A program made the translations under genes and the position numbers. Shown here one piece after another: positions 18,367-30,677 of a stretch of DNA of 64,000 nt (position 1 is its first letter; every line of letters starts with the position of its first letter). The DNA comes from an uncultured Gammaproteobacteria bacterium (GTDB lineage Bacteria; Patescibacteriota; Patescibacteriia; S139-126). Below the pieces are notes generated by a model. It saw only the letters and a list, made by a program, of their open reading frames with translations. It ran no database searches and was not told where the DNA came from. Where the stretch lies: the NCBI GenBank assembly GCA_964493305.1, contig CAZBLW010000001.1, positions 305,484-369,483 of the forward strand. Direction: 5' to 3'.

Positions 18367-19043
18367 ATTTTTATGTAATTGCTACGCCCATTGGCAATTT
18401 AGAAGATATTACCATTCGAGCATTAAAGGTGTTACAAAGTGTTGATATTATTGTTTGTGAAGATACTAGGGTTACTAAGAGGTTGCTAGATCATTATCAA
18501 ATAAATAAACCGCTTTTAAGTTATCATCAACATTCGGGCAATCAGGTAATAGTTAAGATACAAGCACTACTAAAAAAAAATAAAAACGTGGCTTATTTAT
18601 CAGATGCTGGCACTCCTGGCATTTCTGATCCCGGTGGTAAGTTAGTCGCACAGTTAGCTGAAACACTTGATGATAATTTAAAAATTATACCCCTACCTGG
18701 TCCGTCAGCGATTTTGGCGGCTTTATCTGTAAGCGGATTTCCGACCGATAACTTCTTGTTTATTGGTTTTGTGCCCCATAAAAAAGGTAGGCAGACTTAT
18801 TTAAAACAGCTAGTTGATCTCAAAGTAACTGTCGTTTGTTATGAGTCAGTTTATCGGATCGAAAAATTATTAAATGAATTAAATATTCTTATGCCCCAAC
18901 GACAGCTGATGGTGGGCAGGGAACTAACTAAAAAGTTTGAATGTATCTATCGTGGTCAGCCACAAGAAATTTTGGTTAAATTGAAAAACGATAAAGTAAA
19001 AGGGGAGTTTGTAGTAGTATTTGCTCCCGTTAATTTCCAATAA
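18363..19043 (+). CDS. rsmI: 16S rRNA (cytidine1402-2'-O)-methyltransferase.
   Basis: MNFYVIATPIGNLEDITIRALKVL…VCEDTR is a hallmark RsmI N-terminus. Confidence 0.85.
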   Translation: MNFYVIATPIGNLEDITIRALKVLQSVDIIVCEDTRVTKRLLDHYQINKPLLSYHQHSGNQVIVKIQALLKKNKNVAYLSDAGTPGISDPGGKLVAQLAETLDDNLKIIPLPGPSAILAALSVSGFPTDNFLFIGFVPHKKGRQTYLKQLVDLKVTVVCYESVYRIEKLLNELNILMPQRQLMVGRELTKKFECIYRGQPQEILVKLKNDKVKGEFVVVFAPVNFQ

Positions 19044-19044
19044 A

Positions 19045-20499
19045 ATGTCCAAAAATATTTATATCACTACAGCTATAGATTATGTCAACTCTCAGCCCCA
19101 TTTGGGACATGCTTTAGAAAAAATCCAAGCCGATGTTTTGGCTAGATTTTGGCGTGCTCAGGGTCAACCGGTATGGTTTTTAACTGGTACTGATGAGCAC
19201 GGTACCAAAAATTGGGAAAGCGCCAAAAAATTAAATATGGATCCGCAAGACTTTGTGGATAAAAACGCCGAGAAATTTAAAGAGTTGGTTAAATTGTACA
19301 ATATTTCCAATGACGATTTTATTAGAACAACTGACCAAAAAAGACATTGGCCGGCGGTTGTTAAAATGTGGCAGCAGTTGATGGACAATGGTGATTTATT
19401 TAAAGATAGCTATGAAGGTTTATATTGCGTTGGTTGTGAGGAATTTAAATTACCCAAAGACTTAATTGATGGTAAATGCCCTGATCATAACCGCGAGCCA
19501 GAATTGTTGCGCGAAGAAAATTATTTTTTTAATCTTGGTAAATATACCCCAAAAATCATTGAAAAAATTACCAACGGTGAATTGGAGATAATCCCTCAAA
19601 GTCGTGCCAATGAAATTCTCAATATTTTAGAAGCAGGTTTTGATCGGGTTAGTTTTTCTCGTCCGAAAACAAAACTAAATTGGGGAGTGCCAGTGCCTGG
19701 AGATGATAGTCAAGTGATGTATGTCTGGTGTGATGCGTTGACCAATTATATTTCTGCTTTGGGGTACGCTCAAGAAAGTGAAAAATACCAACAGTTTTGG
19801 CAACAAGGAGAAGTCACTCACGTTATTGGTAAAGGTATTTTGCGATTTCATGCTGCCATCTGGCCGGCGATGTTGTTGGCAGCGGGTTTAAAATTGCCTC
19901 AGAGAATATTTGTTCATGGTTATATAACTATTGAAGGTAAAAAGATGTCAAAATCGCTTGGTAATGTAGTTGATCCTTTAGTTTTAGCCGAGCAGTACGG
20001 TGTCGATCCGTTACGTTATTATTTATTGAAAGAAATACCAGCGGTTGGTGACGGTGATTTTTCCGAAAAAAGATTTAAAGAAATTTATAATTCCGATTTA
20101 ACCAATGGTTTAGGTAATTTGGTTTCGCGCACCACCAATATGATTGCTAACTATTTACAAGGAGTAGTTGATTGGAAGGTTACCACTGATTTTCACTGGT
20201 TAAGAGTGGAGGAGTATACAAAAAATTTACAGTATGATAAAGCATTAATAGAAATAAATAAAATAATTGATCAATTAAATAAGCTGATCGATGATGCTAA
20301 ACCCTGGCAACTGGCAAAATCAGATAAAGAAGAAGATTTGAAAAAAATAAAAAATATTTTATCTATTCTAGCCGTCGCCATAAAGGAATTAAGTTTTTAT
20401 TTGCAACCCTATTTACCACAAACTGCAGCTAAGCTGAAAGAAATTATCTTGGCGGAAAAAATTGTCAAAGCCAATCCATTATTTCCTCGATTAAATTAA
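19045..20499 (+). CDS. metG: Methionyl-tRNA synthetase (short form).
   Basis: HLGH and KMSKS class I motifs. The start is taken at MSKNIYITTAIDY, just after the rsmI stop; the track ORF begins at 19021. Confidence 0.85.
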   Translation: MSKNIYITTAIDYVNSQPHLGHALEKIQADVLARFWRAQGQPVWFLTGTDEHGTKNWESAKKLNMDPQDFVDKNAEKFKELVKLYNISNDDFIRTTDQKRHWPAVVKMWQQLMDNGDLFKDSYEGLYCVGCEEFKLPKDLIDGKCPDHNREPELLREENYFFNLGKYTPKIIEKITNGELEIIPQSRANEILNILEAGFDRVSFSRPKTKLNWGVPVPGDDSQVMYVWCDALTNYISALGYAQESEKYQQFWQQGEVTHVIGKGILRFHAAIWPAMLLAAGLKLPQRIFVHGYITIEGKKMSKSLGNVVDPLVLAEQYGVDPLRYYLLKEIPAVGDGDFSEKRFKEIYNSDLTNGLGNLVSRTTNMIANYLQGVVDWKVTTDFHWLRVEEYTKNLQYDKALIEINKIIDQLNKLIDDAKPWQLAKSDKEEDLKKIKNILSILAVAIKELSFYLQPYLPQTAAKLKEIILAEKIVKANPLFPRLN

Positions 20500-20504
20500 A
20501 TTAT

Positions 20505-21023
20505 ATGTCATTATTGGAAATTTTTATTGTTTTTATAATACTGTATTATACCTGGGCTGGTTTTAAATCTGGTTTTATTCGTACTTTAGGTGGGATTATT
20601 GGGTTGTTGGTCGGAATATTTTTTGCTAGTCGTTACTTTTCACCTTTGGCCGAGACCTGGCAGTGGCTTTTTTTTGGAAATGTAACTTTTGCTAAATTTT
20701 TTATATTTATTTTTTTGTTAATTGCAGTCAGTAAACTTTTTAAATTAGCTACTTATATTTTAGACAAAGCTTTCAATTTATTGCGTTTTATACCTTTTAC
20801 TAAAACACTAAACAAAATCGCCGGAGGAATTTTTGGTTTATTGGAAGGTAGTTTAATTGTTGGCTTGGCTTTGTATTTTTTTGTTAGAATTCCTTTTAGT
20901 CAATCTTTATTACTAAAAATAGAAGGTTCGGAAATCGCTAAGCAGTTGTTAAAATTTGCTGAAATACTTACTCCGCTTTTACCCGCAGCTATTGATAAAA
21001 TGAAGGCTTTGATCAATTTCTAA
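20505..21023 (+). CDS. CvpA-family membrane protein.
   Basis: 4-TM small membrane protein with CvpA-like topology. Confidence 0.55.
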   Translation: MSLLEIFIVFIILYYTWAGFKSGFIRTLGGIIGLLVGIFFASRYFSPLAETWQWLFFGNVTFAKFFIFIFLLIAVSKLFKLATYILDKAFNLLRFIPFTKTLNKIAGGIFGLLEGSLIVGLALYFFVRIPFSQSLLLKIEGSEIAKQLLKFAEILTPLLPAAIDKMKALINF

Positions 21024-21024
21024 T

Positions 21025-21864
21025 ATGTTGATTGATACTCATTGCCATGTGAATTTTTCTGCTTTTGCTGATGACTTTGACGAAGTTATAGCCGATTGCT
21101 TGGCAGATGATATCTGGTTAATTAACGTAGGCAGTCAATGGTCAACTTCTGAGCGAGCAGTTAATTTAGCTAGTAAATATGAACAAGGTGTTTATGCAGT
21201 AGTTGGACTTCACCCTATACATTTATACGAGATTGCAGTTGACGAATCAGAGCAAGCAATTCGTTTCAAATCTCGAGCAGAACAGTTTAAACGAACAGAG
21301 TATTTAAAATTGTTGAAAAATTCTAAAACAGTCGGCATTGGTGAAATGGGAATTGATTATTTTCATTTACCAGAAAATGAAGAACCCGCACAGGTTAAAG
21401 AATTTCAAAAACAAGTTTTTTTATCAGGCATTGAATTGGCCCAAGAGGTGCAGAAGCCAATTGTTATACACACTCGTCCAACCCAAGGAACAACTGATGC
21501 CTATGATGAGGTTATAAAAATTTTAGACCAGGTGGGTTATTATAATGGAGTCATACATTGTTTTGGTGGAACTCTAGACCAAGCCAAAAAATTTATTGAA
21601 CGTGGTTTATTGGTTAGTTTTACTGGCATAGTTACTTTTAAAAATGCTCATGATTTACATCAAATTGTCAAAGTTTTACCCTTGGAAAAAATAATGATTG
21701 AAACAGACTCGCCTTATTTGGCACCTGAACCTTATCGAGGTAAAAGAAATAAACCAAATTATGTGCGTTTTGTTGCAGAAAAGATTGCCGAACTTAAAAA
21801 CATTAGTTATGCTGAAGTAGCCGAGACTACTACCTATACCGCTAGAAATTTTTTCAATATTTAA
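21025..21864 (+). CDS. tatD: TatD-family metal-dependent DNase.
   Basis: MLIDTHCHVNF… with the conserved His/Glu/Asp blocks. Confidence 0.8.
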   Translation: MLIDTHCHVNFSAFADDFDEVIADCLADDIWLINVGSQWSTSERAVNLASKYEQGVYAVVGLHPIHLYEIAVDESEQAIRFKSRAEQFKRTEYLKLLKNSKTVGIGEMGIDYFHLPENEEPAQVKEFQKQVFLSGIELAQEVQKPIVIHTRPTQGTTDAYDEVIKILDQVGYYNGVIHCFGGTLDQAKKFIERGLLVSFTGIVTFKNAHDLHQIVKVLPLEKIMIETDSPYLAPEPYRGKRNKPNYVRFVAEKIAELKNISYAEVAETTTYTARNFFNI

Positions 21865-21866
21865 AT

Positions 21867-22904
21867 ATGTCAACCGAATTTATATTTATCCTTATTTTAC
21901 TGGTAGCTGGTTTTGCTGTAATGTTTTGGTTGTTAACCAAACAAAAGAAAGATTCATCGCAAGATCAAGCTCTGTTGATGCTGCAAAATCAAATTAACGA
22001 AGTTACTAAGACTCTTGATAACAAGTTAGGGGAGTCAGCCAAAATGTTTCAAAACCAGTTTTCAGAATCGTCTAAGATTATACAGCATGTTACCGAGAGA
22101 TTGACCAAGTTGGATGATACTAACCGGCAAGTGGTAAATTTTGCCGACCAATTAAAAAATTTACAAGATATTTTAAAAAACCCTAAACAGAGAGGAGTGC
22201 TAGGTGAATTTTATTTAGAAACAGTTTTAAAAAATGTACTACCACCCAAAAGCTATCAGATGCAATATGGTTTTACTGACGGGTCAATTGTTGACGCAGT
22301 AGTATTTGTGAAAGATAAAATTATTCCTATTGATAGTAAGTTTTCCTTGGAAAATTATGAAAGAATTTTAGGTGCGATTGATGATGCGGATAAAGAAAAA
22401 TTGGAGAAAGCTTTTAAACAAGATCTTAAAAATCGTATTGATGAAACTGCAAAATATATCAAACCAACCGAAGGCACTATGGATTTTGCTTTTATGTTTA
22501 TTCCTTCGGAAGCAATATATTATGATCTTCTAATAAATAAAGTAGGAGCCGTGCAAGTTTCTACCCAGGATTTGATAGAATATGCTTTCAAGGATAAACA
22601 CGTAATTATCGTCTCGCCCACATCATTCTTGGCTTATTTACAGACTGTACTACAAGGGCTGCGTGCTTTACAAATAGAAGAGTCTGCTAAAGATATAAGA
22701 AAAAATGTTGAGGCTTTGCAAAAACATTTAGTCAACTACAATGAGTACATGAAAAAAATTGGTACTCAGTTAGGTACAGTAGTCAATACTTATAATGTTG
22801 GTTACAAGGAATTTAAAAAAGTAGATAAAGATGTTACTAAAATAACTGGGCGGGAAACAAATATAGATATTTTGGAGTTGGAAAAACCGAAAAACGAAGA
22901 ATAA
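21867..22904 (+). CDS. rmuC: DNA recombination protein RmuC.
   Basis: N-terminal TM, coiled-coil region and the C-terminal RmuC domain block …VSPTSFLAYLQTV…. Confidence 0.7.
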   Translation: MSTEFIFILILLVAGFAVMFWLLTKQKKDSSQDQALLMLQNQINEVTKTLDNKLGESAKMFQNQFSESSKIIQHVTERLTKLDDTNRQVVNFADQLKNLQDILKNPKQRGVLGEFYLETVLKNVLPPKSYQMQYGFTDGSIVDAVVFVKDKIIPIDSKFSLENYERILGAIDDADKEKLEKAFKQDLKNRIDETAKYIKPTEGTMDFAFMFIPSEAIYYDLLINKVGAVQVSTQDLIEYAFKDKHVIIVSPTSFLAYLQTVLQGLRALQIEESAKDIRKNVEALQKHLVNYNEYMKKIGTQLGTVVNTYNVGYKEFKKVDKDVTKITGRETNIDILELEKPKNEE

Positions 22905-22925
22905 TATCGCCATATAACTAAAATA

Positions 22926-22950
22926 TCCCACTACTAGTAGGGATTTTTTA
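22926..22950 (+). terminator. Candidate terminator after rmuC.
   Basis: ATCCC-loop-GGGAT followed by T6. Confidence 0.4.
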
Positions 22951-23029
22951 GTATTGACAAACTGACTATTTTGTCTAAAATAATGTTGTTCTAGTTAATT
23001 GACAATTTATCAAACAAAAAGAGGTCTGT

Positions 23030-23476
23030 ATGGAAAAACATTATTATTCTTGGGTTGAGTTAAACCTAAGACAACTTTTTATTTTTTTACTGGTAACTTT
23101 AATTTATCTTTTTTTCGAATGGAGCGGGATCAAGCTATTTGTTAGCAATGAAAAACAAAGTTTAATTATTGTTACTGGCGTTACCTTGTGTTTTATCTTA
23201 TTTTCCAAATACCAATGGTTTGACAGATTACCATACCTTATAACCATTACTGGTTTAATGTTTGCTATTATTACCCGTCATCATATGGCTAGTCACGATC
23301 TGGCCGCTTTATTTGGACTGGCAATGGTAGCCGCTTTAGTGCTTGGTGTAAGTAGTATTTTATATATAGAAAAGCATCAAGAAAGTATAAAAAATTGGAA
23401 AATGTGGTTTACCATCATTGGATATTTATTATCAGTTTGGCTAGTGTATAGCTTTCTTTTGCCTAACCTATTTTAA
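23030..23476 (+). CDS. Hypothetical membrane protein (148 aa, 4 TM).
   Basis: A TTGACA (22955-22960) lies upstream and there is an AGAGG RBS. Confidence 0.5.
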   Translation: MEKHYYSWVELNLRQLFIFLLVTLIYLFFEWSGIKLFVSNEKQSLIIVTGVTLCFILFSKYQWFDRLPYLITITGLMFAIITRHHMASHDLAALFGLAMVAALVLGVSSILYIEKHQESIKNWKMWFTIIGYLLSVWLVYSFLLPNLF

Positions 23477-23500
23477 GATATTTTTATCCAATTTATATTT

Positions 23501-23528
23501 CCTTCGTCATTGTGACGAAGGTTTTTTT
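23501..23528. terminator. Bidirectional terminator between convergent genes.
   Basis: CCTTCGTCA-ttg-TGACGAAGG (9 bp) followed by T7. Confidence 0.75.
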
Positions 23529-23548
23529 AATTTTTTATTGATTGGAGG

Positions 23549-24052
23549 TTAGAAGGGGATGTTGATTAAACCCAAGGTTAATATACTGACAATTATCCCA
23601 GCTATTAGTACGCCAATAAAAATTGCTCCTAATGATTTTTTTAGAGGTAGACCGAAAATCCAAGCTGCCAATGCTCCAGTCCAAGCACCGGTATTGGGTA
23701 AGGGGATAGCCACAAAAATAATTAATCCCCAAGTGCCATATTTGTTTATTTTGTCAGCAGTTTTTTTTCGGGTGCGTAAAATTAACCAAGTAAAAAATCG
23801 ATTAAATAATTTTGATTTTTGGTTAAGCCAGGTAGAAATTTTTGGTAAGAGATATAAAATAATTATTGGCGGTAACATGTTACCTAAAATTGATACTAGA
23901 TATACTTGCCACCAGGGAAGCTTAAAAGTACCCAGTCCCAAAGGAATAGATAGTCTTAATTCACCAATCGGTGTTAGGGCGCTTAAAAAAACTTTAATAA
24001 TTTCTTCCATATAAAGTAAATTGTAACATATTTTAGGTATTAAATAAATCAT
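23549..24052 (-). CDS. Membrane protein, possibly of the small multidrug export / COG2426 family.
   Basis: 4-5 TM segments. The IGELRLSIPLGLG…LGNMLPP blocks resemble that family; the overlapping + strand ORF is spurious. Confidence 0.45.
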   Translation of the reverse strand: MIYLIPKICYNLLYMEEIIKVFLSALTPIGELRLSIPLGLGTFKLPWWQVYLVSILGNMLPPIIILYLLPKISTWLNQKSKLFNRFFTWLILRTRKKTADKINKYGTWGLIIFVAIPLPNTGAWTGALAAWIFGLPLKKSLGAIFIGVLIAGIIVSILTLGLINIPF

Positions 24053-24099
24053 CTTAAAATATATTTTTGGCTAAAATAAGGTAAAAAAAATATAAACCC

Positions 24100-24128
24100 T
24101 TGAATAATTATTTGATTTTTAATATAAT
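24100..24128 (+). promoter_or_regulatory. Sigma-70 promoter of the ATP synthase operon.
   Basis: TTGAAT-17-TATAAT. Confidence 0.5.
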
Positions 24129-24207
24129 TGTTGTTCAGTGGGTTAAAAAAAATTAAACCTAGATTATTTTTTGTGTAATTTTAGTTCTTTTTTTAAAATA
24201 ATATCCT

Positions 24208-24492
24208 ATGGATAAACCAAAAAAAATTGATCCTTGGTGGGGACCAGGTTTAGCTGTATTTGCTGAGGTCACGGGTTGGATAGTAGGGCCAATTATAGTT
24301 GCTCTGTATTTAGGGCGCTATTTTGATACTAAAAACAATTCAGAACCTTGGTTTTTTCTTAGTTTTACTGTTTTTGCCTTTTTTATATCTACTTATGGCA
24401 TTATCAAAATAGCCAATCGGTTTATCAAGGCAGCAGAAGAAGAAATTAAAAAAAGAAACAACAATAACGACAATAAAAATAAATCACAATAA
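24208..24492 (+). CDS. AtpZ/AtpI-like small membrane protein preceding the F-ATPase genes.
   Basis: 94 aa with 2 TM, located immediately upstream of atpB. Confidence 0.45.
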   Translation: MDKPKKIDPWWGPGLAVFAEVTGWIVGPIIVALYLGRYFDTKNNSEPWFFLSFTVFAFFISTYGIIKIANRFIKAAEEEIKKRNNNNDNKNKSQ

Positions 24493-24497
24493 ATTTA

Positions 24498-25424
24498 ATG
24501 ATTGAAAGTATAGACAACAATCAAGCAAATCATGAAAGCGTAACCAACACTACAGTTGGTGATACTAATACAGATCAAGCTAGTGACCATCAGGTAGGTG
24601 AAACAAAAGTTGCTGACGAACACGTTAGTCATGAAATTACCCTTTATGCCGAGCCAATATTTCAAATTGGTAAGTTTACGGTTACCAATTCTTTATTGTC
24701 TTCTTGGTCAGTGGTGATTGTTTTAATTATTATCGCTATAGTTTTAGGCAAAAGTATAAAAAAAATCCCCCAAGGCTTACAAAATGTTTTTGAAATGATT
24801 ATTGAAAAAGCGGTGGAAATGATGGATTCGGTAACTCATGATTCCAATAAATCAAAAAAGATTTTTCCTTTTGTTTTTACAATTTTTATATTTATTCTCT
24901 TAAATAATTGGTTAGGATTAATTCCCGGAGTTGGGTCAATCGGTTTTATTGAAACAAGTCACGGTCATAGTGCTTTTATACCTTGGTTTAGAGGTGCTAC
25001 AGCTGATTTGAATACTACTTTGGCTTTGGCAATATTTTCCGTAATCGCTGCTAATTTTTTTGGAGTTTTGACAGTTGGCGGTTGGAATTTTTTGAATAAA
25101 TTTATTAACTTGAAAGCTTTGGCCGAAATTCCCGGTAAAGTTGTTAAAGAACCGGCTATCGTATTTGTTAACCCAATAAAATTTTTTGTTGGTTTAATTG
25201 AAGTAGTGGGTGAAGTAGCCAAAGTCGCATCCTTATCATTTAGGTTGTTTGGTAATGTGTTTGCCGGAGAAGTATTACTTGCTTCCATGGCAGCTATTTT
25301 TGCCTTTGCAGTGCCAATCCCTTTTATTTTTTTGGAAATTATCGTAGGCATAATTCAAGCGCTGATTTTTGCCATGTTGACATTGGTTTATTTTACGATT
25401 GCCTCAACAGCTGAGGAACATTAA
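24498..25424 (+). CDS. atpB: ATP synthase Fo subunit a.
   Basis: Carries the conserved Arg block SLSFRLFGNVFAGEVLL. Confidence 0.85.
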   Translation: MIESIDNNQANHESVTNTTVGDTNTDQASDHQVGETKVADEHVSHEITLYAEPIFQIGKFTVTNSLLSSWSVVIVLIIIAIVLGKSIKKIPQGLQNVFEMIIEKAVEMMDSVTHDSNKSKKIFPFVFTIFIFILLNNWLGLIPGVGSIGFIETSHGHSAFIPWFRGATADLNTTLALAIFSVIAANFFGVLTVGGWNFLNKFINLKALAEIPGKVVKEPAIVFVNPIKFFVGLIEVVGEVAKVASLSFRLFGNVFAGEVLLASMAAIFAFAVPIPFIFLEIIVGIIQALIFAMLTLVYFTIASTAEEH

Positions 25425-25499
25425 TTTTATAAATAATTATTAATAATTAATTTGTTTATTGTCACCGACTATAAATAAAAAATAAATTAAGTCGAGTAG

Positions 25500-25736
<237 letters not shown>

Positions 25737-25745
25737 TTTTTTATC

Positions 25746-25774
25746 GACGAAAGATTGATTTTTCAGTCTTTCGT
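25746..25774 (+). promoter_or_regulatory. Stem-loop between atpE and atpF with no U-tract; possible processing or attenuation structure.
   Basis: ACGAAAGA-12 nt-TCTTTCGT. Confidence 0.3.
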
Positions 25775-25808
25775 AATTAAAAAATTATTTTTTAAATAAA
25801 ATTATTTT

Positions 25809-26303
25809 ATGGAAGAATTAGTAAAAACATTTTATATTGATTGGAAATTATTATTGGCCCAACTAGTAAATTTCTTTATCGTGTTGGGAGTTTTATGGAA
25901 ATTTGCTTTAAAGCCATTGCGTCAAACTATGGATAAGAGAAGCGCCGAGATTGCTAAAAGTTTAGATCAGGCTAAAGAAATTGAACAAAAACTTAGTGAG
26001 GCGGATAAAACCAAAGTAGAAACAATACTGCAAGCCAAAAAAGAATCACAAACAATTATTGAACAAGCCCAAAAAGACGCGGACGTTTTACGTGCTAAGA
26101 AAATGACTGAGTTGAAAGTGGAAATGGAAAAAATCGTAGTCCAAACAAAAGCCAGTTTAACCAGTGAAAAAGAACAGATGTTACGAGATATAAAATCAGA
26201 AGTGGCTGATTTGGTTATTGCCGCCAGCAGCAAAATTTTAGAAAAAAACATTACTGGTGAGGATAATAAAAAAATAATTAAGTCGATTATTGAGAAAGTC
26301 TAA
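25809..26303 (+). CDS. atpF: ATP synthase Fo subunit b.
   Basis: N-terminal TM followed by a long charged helix; operon position. Confidence 0.8.
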   Translation: MEELVKTFYIDWKLLLAQLVNFFIVLGVLWKFALKPLRQTMDKRSAEIAKSLDQAKEIEQKLSEADKTKVETILQAKKESQTIIEQAQKDADVLRAKKMTELKVEMEKIVVQTKASLTSEKEQMLRDIKSEVADLVIAASSKILEKNITGEDNKKIIKSIIEKV

Positions 26304-26310
26304 ATAGATT

Positions 26311-26712
26311 ATGAAACAGATTGCCCCTAAAAAATATGCCATAAGTTTGTATGAAGTACTCGAGAGTACTGATGCCTCCCAACAGCAAGCTATACTAGCT
26401 TCTTTTGTTCAATTATTAGTTAGGCACAAAATGTTAGCTAAGCTTGATAAAATTATTAATTATTTTAAGTTATATGCTGATGAGCAGGCTAATATCAAAA
26501 CAGTAAAGTTAAATGTAGCTCAGCCACTTGATCAGACGTCTCGTCAGAATATTATTAATCATTTAGAGAAAATATTGAAATATAAAATTGAGATTGTTGA
26601 GGAAACACAGCCCGATTTAATCGGCGGAGTAATGATTGAATATGATGATATTCGTATTGATGGGAGTATCAAAAAACAACTAACAGTAATGACTAACCAA
26701 TTTAAATCATAA
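26311..26712 (+). CDS. atpH: ATP synthase delta (OSCP) subunit, short form (133 aa).
   Basis: Operon position; the C-terminal block LIGGVMIEYDDIRIDGSIKKQL is typical of delta. Confidence 0.7.
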   Translation: MKQIAPKKYAISLYEVLESTDASQQQAILASFVQLLVRHKMLAKLDKIINYFKLYADEQANIKTVKLNVAQPLDQTSRQNIINHLEKILKYKIEIVEETQPDLIGGVMIEYDDIRIDGSIKKQLTVMTNQFKS

Positions 26713-26742
26713 ATAAAAATTTTTAAATAATAAAATTATTTT

Positions 26743-28284
26743 ATGTCGAATAAAGATTATATTATCGATCAACTAAAAAAACAGATTATTGATTTTAAAA
26801 GCGCCGCTATCAAAGAGAAAGTTGGCACCGTTGAAGAGATCGGTGACGGTGTGGCTAGAATATCTGGTCTTTCCGAAGTTATGGCTTCAGAAATGATTGA
26901 ATTTTCTGGTGGTAAATACGGCGTAGCGTTGAATTTGGAAAATGATACTATTGGCGCTATTGTGTTGGGTGAATCAGAAAGTATCAAAGAGGGTGATACA
27001 GTAAAAAGCACTGGTAGAATTTTAGCCGTGCCAGTAGGTGAGCAATTGATTGGCAGAGTAGTAGATCCCTTGGGTCAACCGATTGATAATAAAGGTGAGA
27101 TTAAAACCGATCATTATTATCCGGTAGAAAAAATCGCTCCTCGGGTTATTACCCGTCAAAAAGTTAGTACGCCACTACAAACAGGCGTCAAGTCAATTGA
27201 TTCGATGATTCCAATTGGTCGGGGACAAAGAGAATTGATTATTGGCGACAGACAAACCGGAAAAACTGCTTTAGCCATTGATACAATTATTAACCAAAAG
27301 GGTAAAGGGGTGATATGTATTTATGTGGCTATAGGACAAAAAGAATCTAAAATTGCTCGTATTGTTGCTGATTTAGAAAAATATGGAGCAATGGATCATA
27401 CTATCGTGGTTTTAGCTGGAGCGTCTGATTCGGCTTCTTTGTCATTTATTGCTCCTTACGCTGGTTGCGCGATGGGTGAATATTTTATGGATCAAGGTAA
27501 AGATGTCTTGGTAGTATATGATGATTTATCAAAGCACGCTTGGGCTTATCGTCAGATTTCTTTACTGTTAAAAAGGCCACCAGGACGTGAAGCTTACCCT
27601 GGAGACGTATTCTATCTTCATTCACGCTTATTGGAACGAGCAGCTAAATTAAATAAAGATTATGGAGGCGGATCTTTGACTGCTTTACCAATAATTGAAA
27701 CTCAAGCGGGTGATATTTCTGCTTATATTCCAACCAATGTAATTTCTATTACTGATGGTCAGATATTTTTGGAGTCAGATTTATTTTATCAGGGTATAAG
27801 GCCGGCATTAAACGTTGGTTTGTCAGTTTCTCGAGTTGGTAGCGCCGCACAAATTAAAGCCATGAAAAAAGTGGCTGGAAAATTGAGATTAGATCTGGCT
27901 CAATATCGAGAATTGGCGGCTTTTGCTCAATTTGGTTCGGATTTAGATGAGGTGACTAGAAATCAAATTGAACGAGGTAAAAGATTGACGGAAATTTTGA
28001 AGCAAGGCCAATATGAACCGATGCCAGTGGCTAATCAGGTAGCGATTTTATATGCCGCAGTAAATGGTTTACTTGATGATGTTTCAGTTGAAAGAATAAA
28101 AGAATTTGAAGGAGCTTTCCATACTTTTATGAATAATTCTCATAGTAAATTGTTGGAGTCGATTGTAAAAATTGGAGAAATAACTGAAGACATTGATCAA
28201 CAGTTACGTCAAGCTATAGAAGATTTTAAAAAAATGTCTGACTTTAGTGTCTCGGCTACAGAAGACGAAGCAGTAATTAATTAA
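26743..28284 (+). CDS. atpA: ATP synthase F1 alpha subunit.
   Basis: [10 protein letters not shown]-loop, plus the DDLSKHA and [32 protein letters not shown] blocks. Confidence 0.95.
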   Translation: MSNKDYIIDQLKKQIIDFKSAAIKEKVGTVEEIGDGVARISGLSEVMASEMIEFSGGKYGVALNLENDTIGAIVLGESESIKEGDTVKSTGRILAVPVGEQLIGRVVDPLGQPIDNKGEIKTDHYYPVEKIAPRVITRQKVSTPLQTGVKSIDSMIPIGRGQRELIIGDRQTGKTALAIDTIINQKGKGVICIYVAIGQKESKIARIVADLEKYGAMDHTIVVLAGASDSASLSFIAPYAGCAMGEYFMDQGKDVLVVYDDLSKHAWAYRQISLLLKRPPGREAYPGDVFYLHSRLLERAAKLNKDYGGGSLTALPIIETQAGDISAYIPTNVISITDGQIFLESDLFYQGIRPALNVGLSVSRVGSAAQIKAMKKVAGKLRLDLAQYRELAAFAQFGSDLDEVTRNQIERGKRLTEILKQGQYEPMPVANQVAILYAAVNGLLDDVSVERIKEFEGAFHTFMNNSHSKLLESIVKIGEITEDIDQQLRQAIEDFKKMSDFSVSATEDEAVIN

Positions 28285-28304
28285 TTTGGTTTTTAATTTT
28301 ATTT

Positions 28305-29228
28305 ATGCCTTTAGCAACTAGAGAAATAAAAAGAAGAATTCGTTCAGTTTCTAGTACTCGCAAAATCACCAAAGCGATGGAATTGGTAGCTGGTGCTAAA
28401 ATGCGACGAGCAGTTAAGGCGGTATTGCAAACCCGAAGTTATGCCAATGCAGCTTGGGAGGTAGTAAAAAATTTATCTGATAAAACTGATACCAGTAAAC
28501 ATCCACTTTTGCAGAAGAGGGAACGCGTGAAAAAAGTAGGAGTAATTTTAATAGCATCCAATCGTGGCTTGTGTGGTAGTTTTAATCGGGAAATTGTTGA
28601 GGTGGTGGCTAATTACATAAAAAATCATAAAAATGAAAATATTAATATTGAGGCTGAGGTGTTTTTGATGGGTAATCGCGGTAAAGATATTATGTTTCGT
28701 CATGGCCATGAGGTAGTTGCGGAATTTACTAAATTTGATGTAACTACTAGGGTAAGCGAAGTTACGCCCTTGGCACAAATGGCGATACAGGACTATATTT
28801 CTGGCAAGTACGACAAAATTGTTATGGCTTATACAGATTATAAATCAGCTATTGTCCAAGAACCCCGTATTCGTAAATTACTACCAATTGATCGACAAGA
28901 TGATGAATTGGGTTATGTCGGTAAAAATGATAAGAATGCATTTCTGGCAGACCAGATAGCTTTTGAAAAAAATGAGTATTTATTTGAACCATCACCTGAT
29001 GTGGTGTTGGAACAGATGTTACATCGTTTAGTAGAATTACAGATTTATCAAGCTTTGTTGGAATCAAATGCTTCGGAACACAGTGCTAGAATGATGGCTA
29101 TGCGTAATGCCTCTGATGCAGCACTTGATATGATTGATAGTTTGACTATGACTTTCAACCGCGCCCGACAACAAAATATAACCACTGAACTGGCAGATAT
29201 TTCAGCCGGTCGCGCAGCAGTTGAATAA
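28305..29228 (+). CDS. atpG: ATP synthase F1 gamma subunit.
   Basis: IKRRIRSVSSTRKITKAMELVAGAKMRRA and the C-terminal ITTELADISAGRAAV. Confidence 0.9.
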   Translation: MPLATREIKRRIRSVSSTRKITKAMELVAGAKMRRAVKAVLQTRSYANAAWEVVKNLSDKTDTSKHPLLQKRERVKKVGVILIASNRGLCGSFNREIVEVVANYIKNHKNENINIEAEVFLMGNRGKDIMFRHGHEVVAEFTKFDVTTRVSEVTPLAQMAIQDYISGKYDKIVMAYTDYKSAIVQEPRIRKLLPIDRQDDELGYVGKNDKNAFLADQIAFEKNEYLFEPSPDVVLEQMLHRLVELQIYQALLESNASEHSARMMAMRNASDAALDMIDSLTMTFNRARQQNITTELADISAGRAAVE

Positions 29229-29236
29229 TTTTATAA

Positions 29237-30652
<1,416 letters not shown>

Positions 30653-30677
30653 TTATTGCCAGTAGCTATTTATAGTT

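Noticed and set aside
23559-24014. 151-aa + strand ORF overlapping the minus-strand membrane protein gene.
   Set aside because: It is fully antisense to a hydrophobic, punctuated gene (terminator and -10 match) and has no independent signals.
24965-25351. Antisense ORFs within atpB and atpF (24965..25351, 25967..26251) and within atpA, atpG and atpD.
   Set aside because: They lie inside highly conserved ATP synthase genes on the opposite strand.
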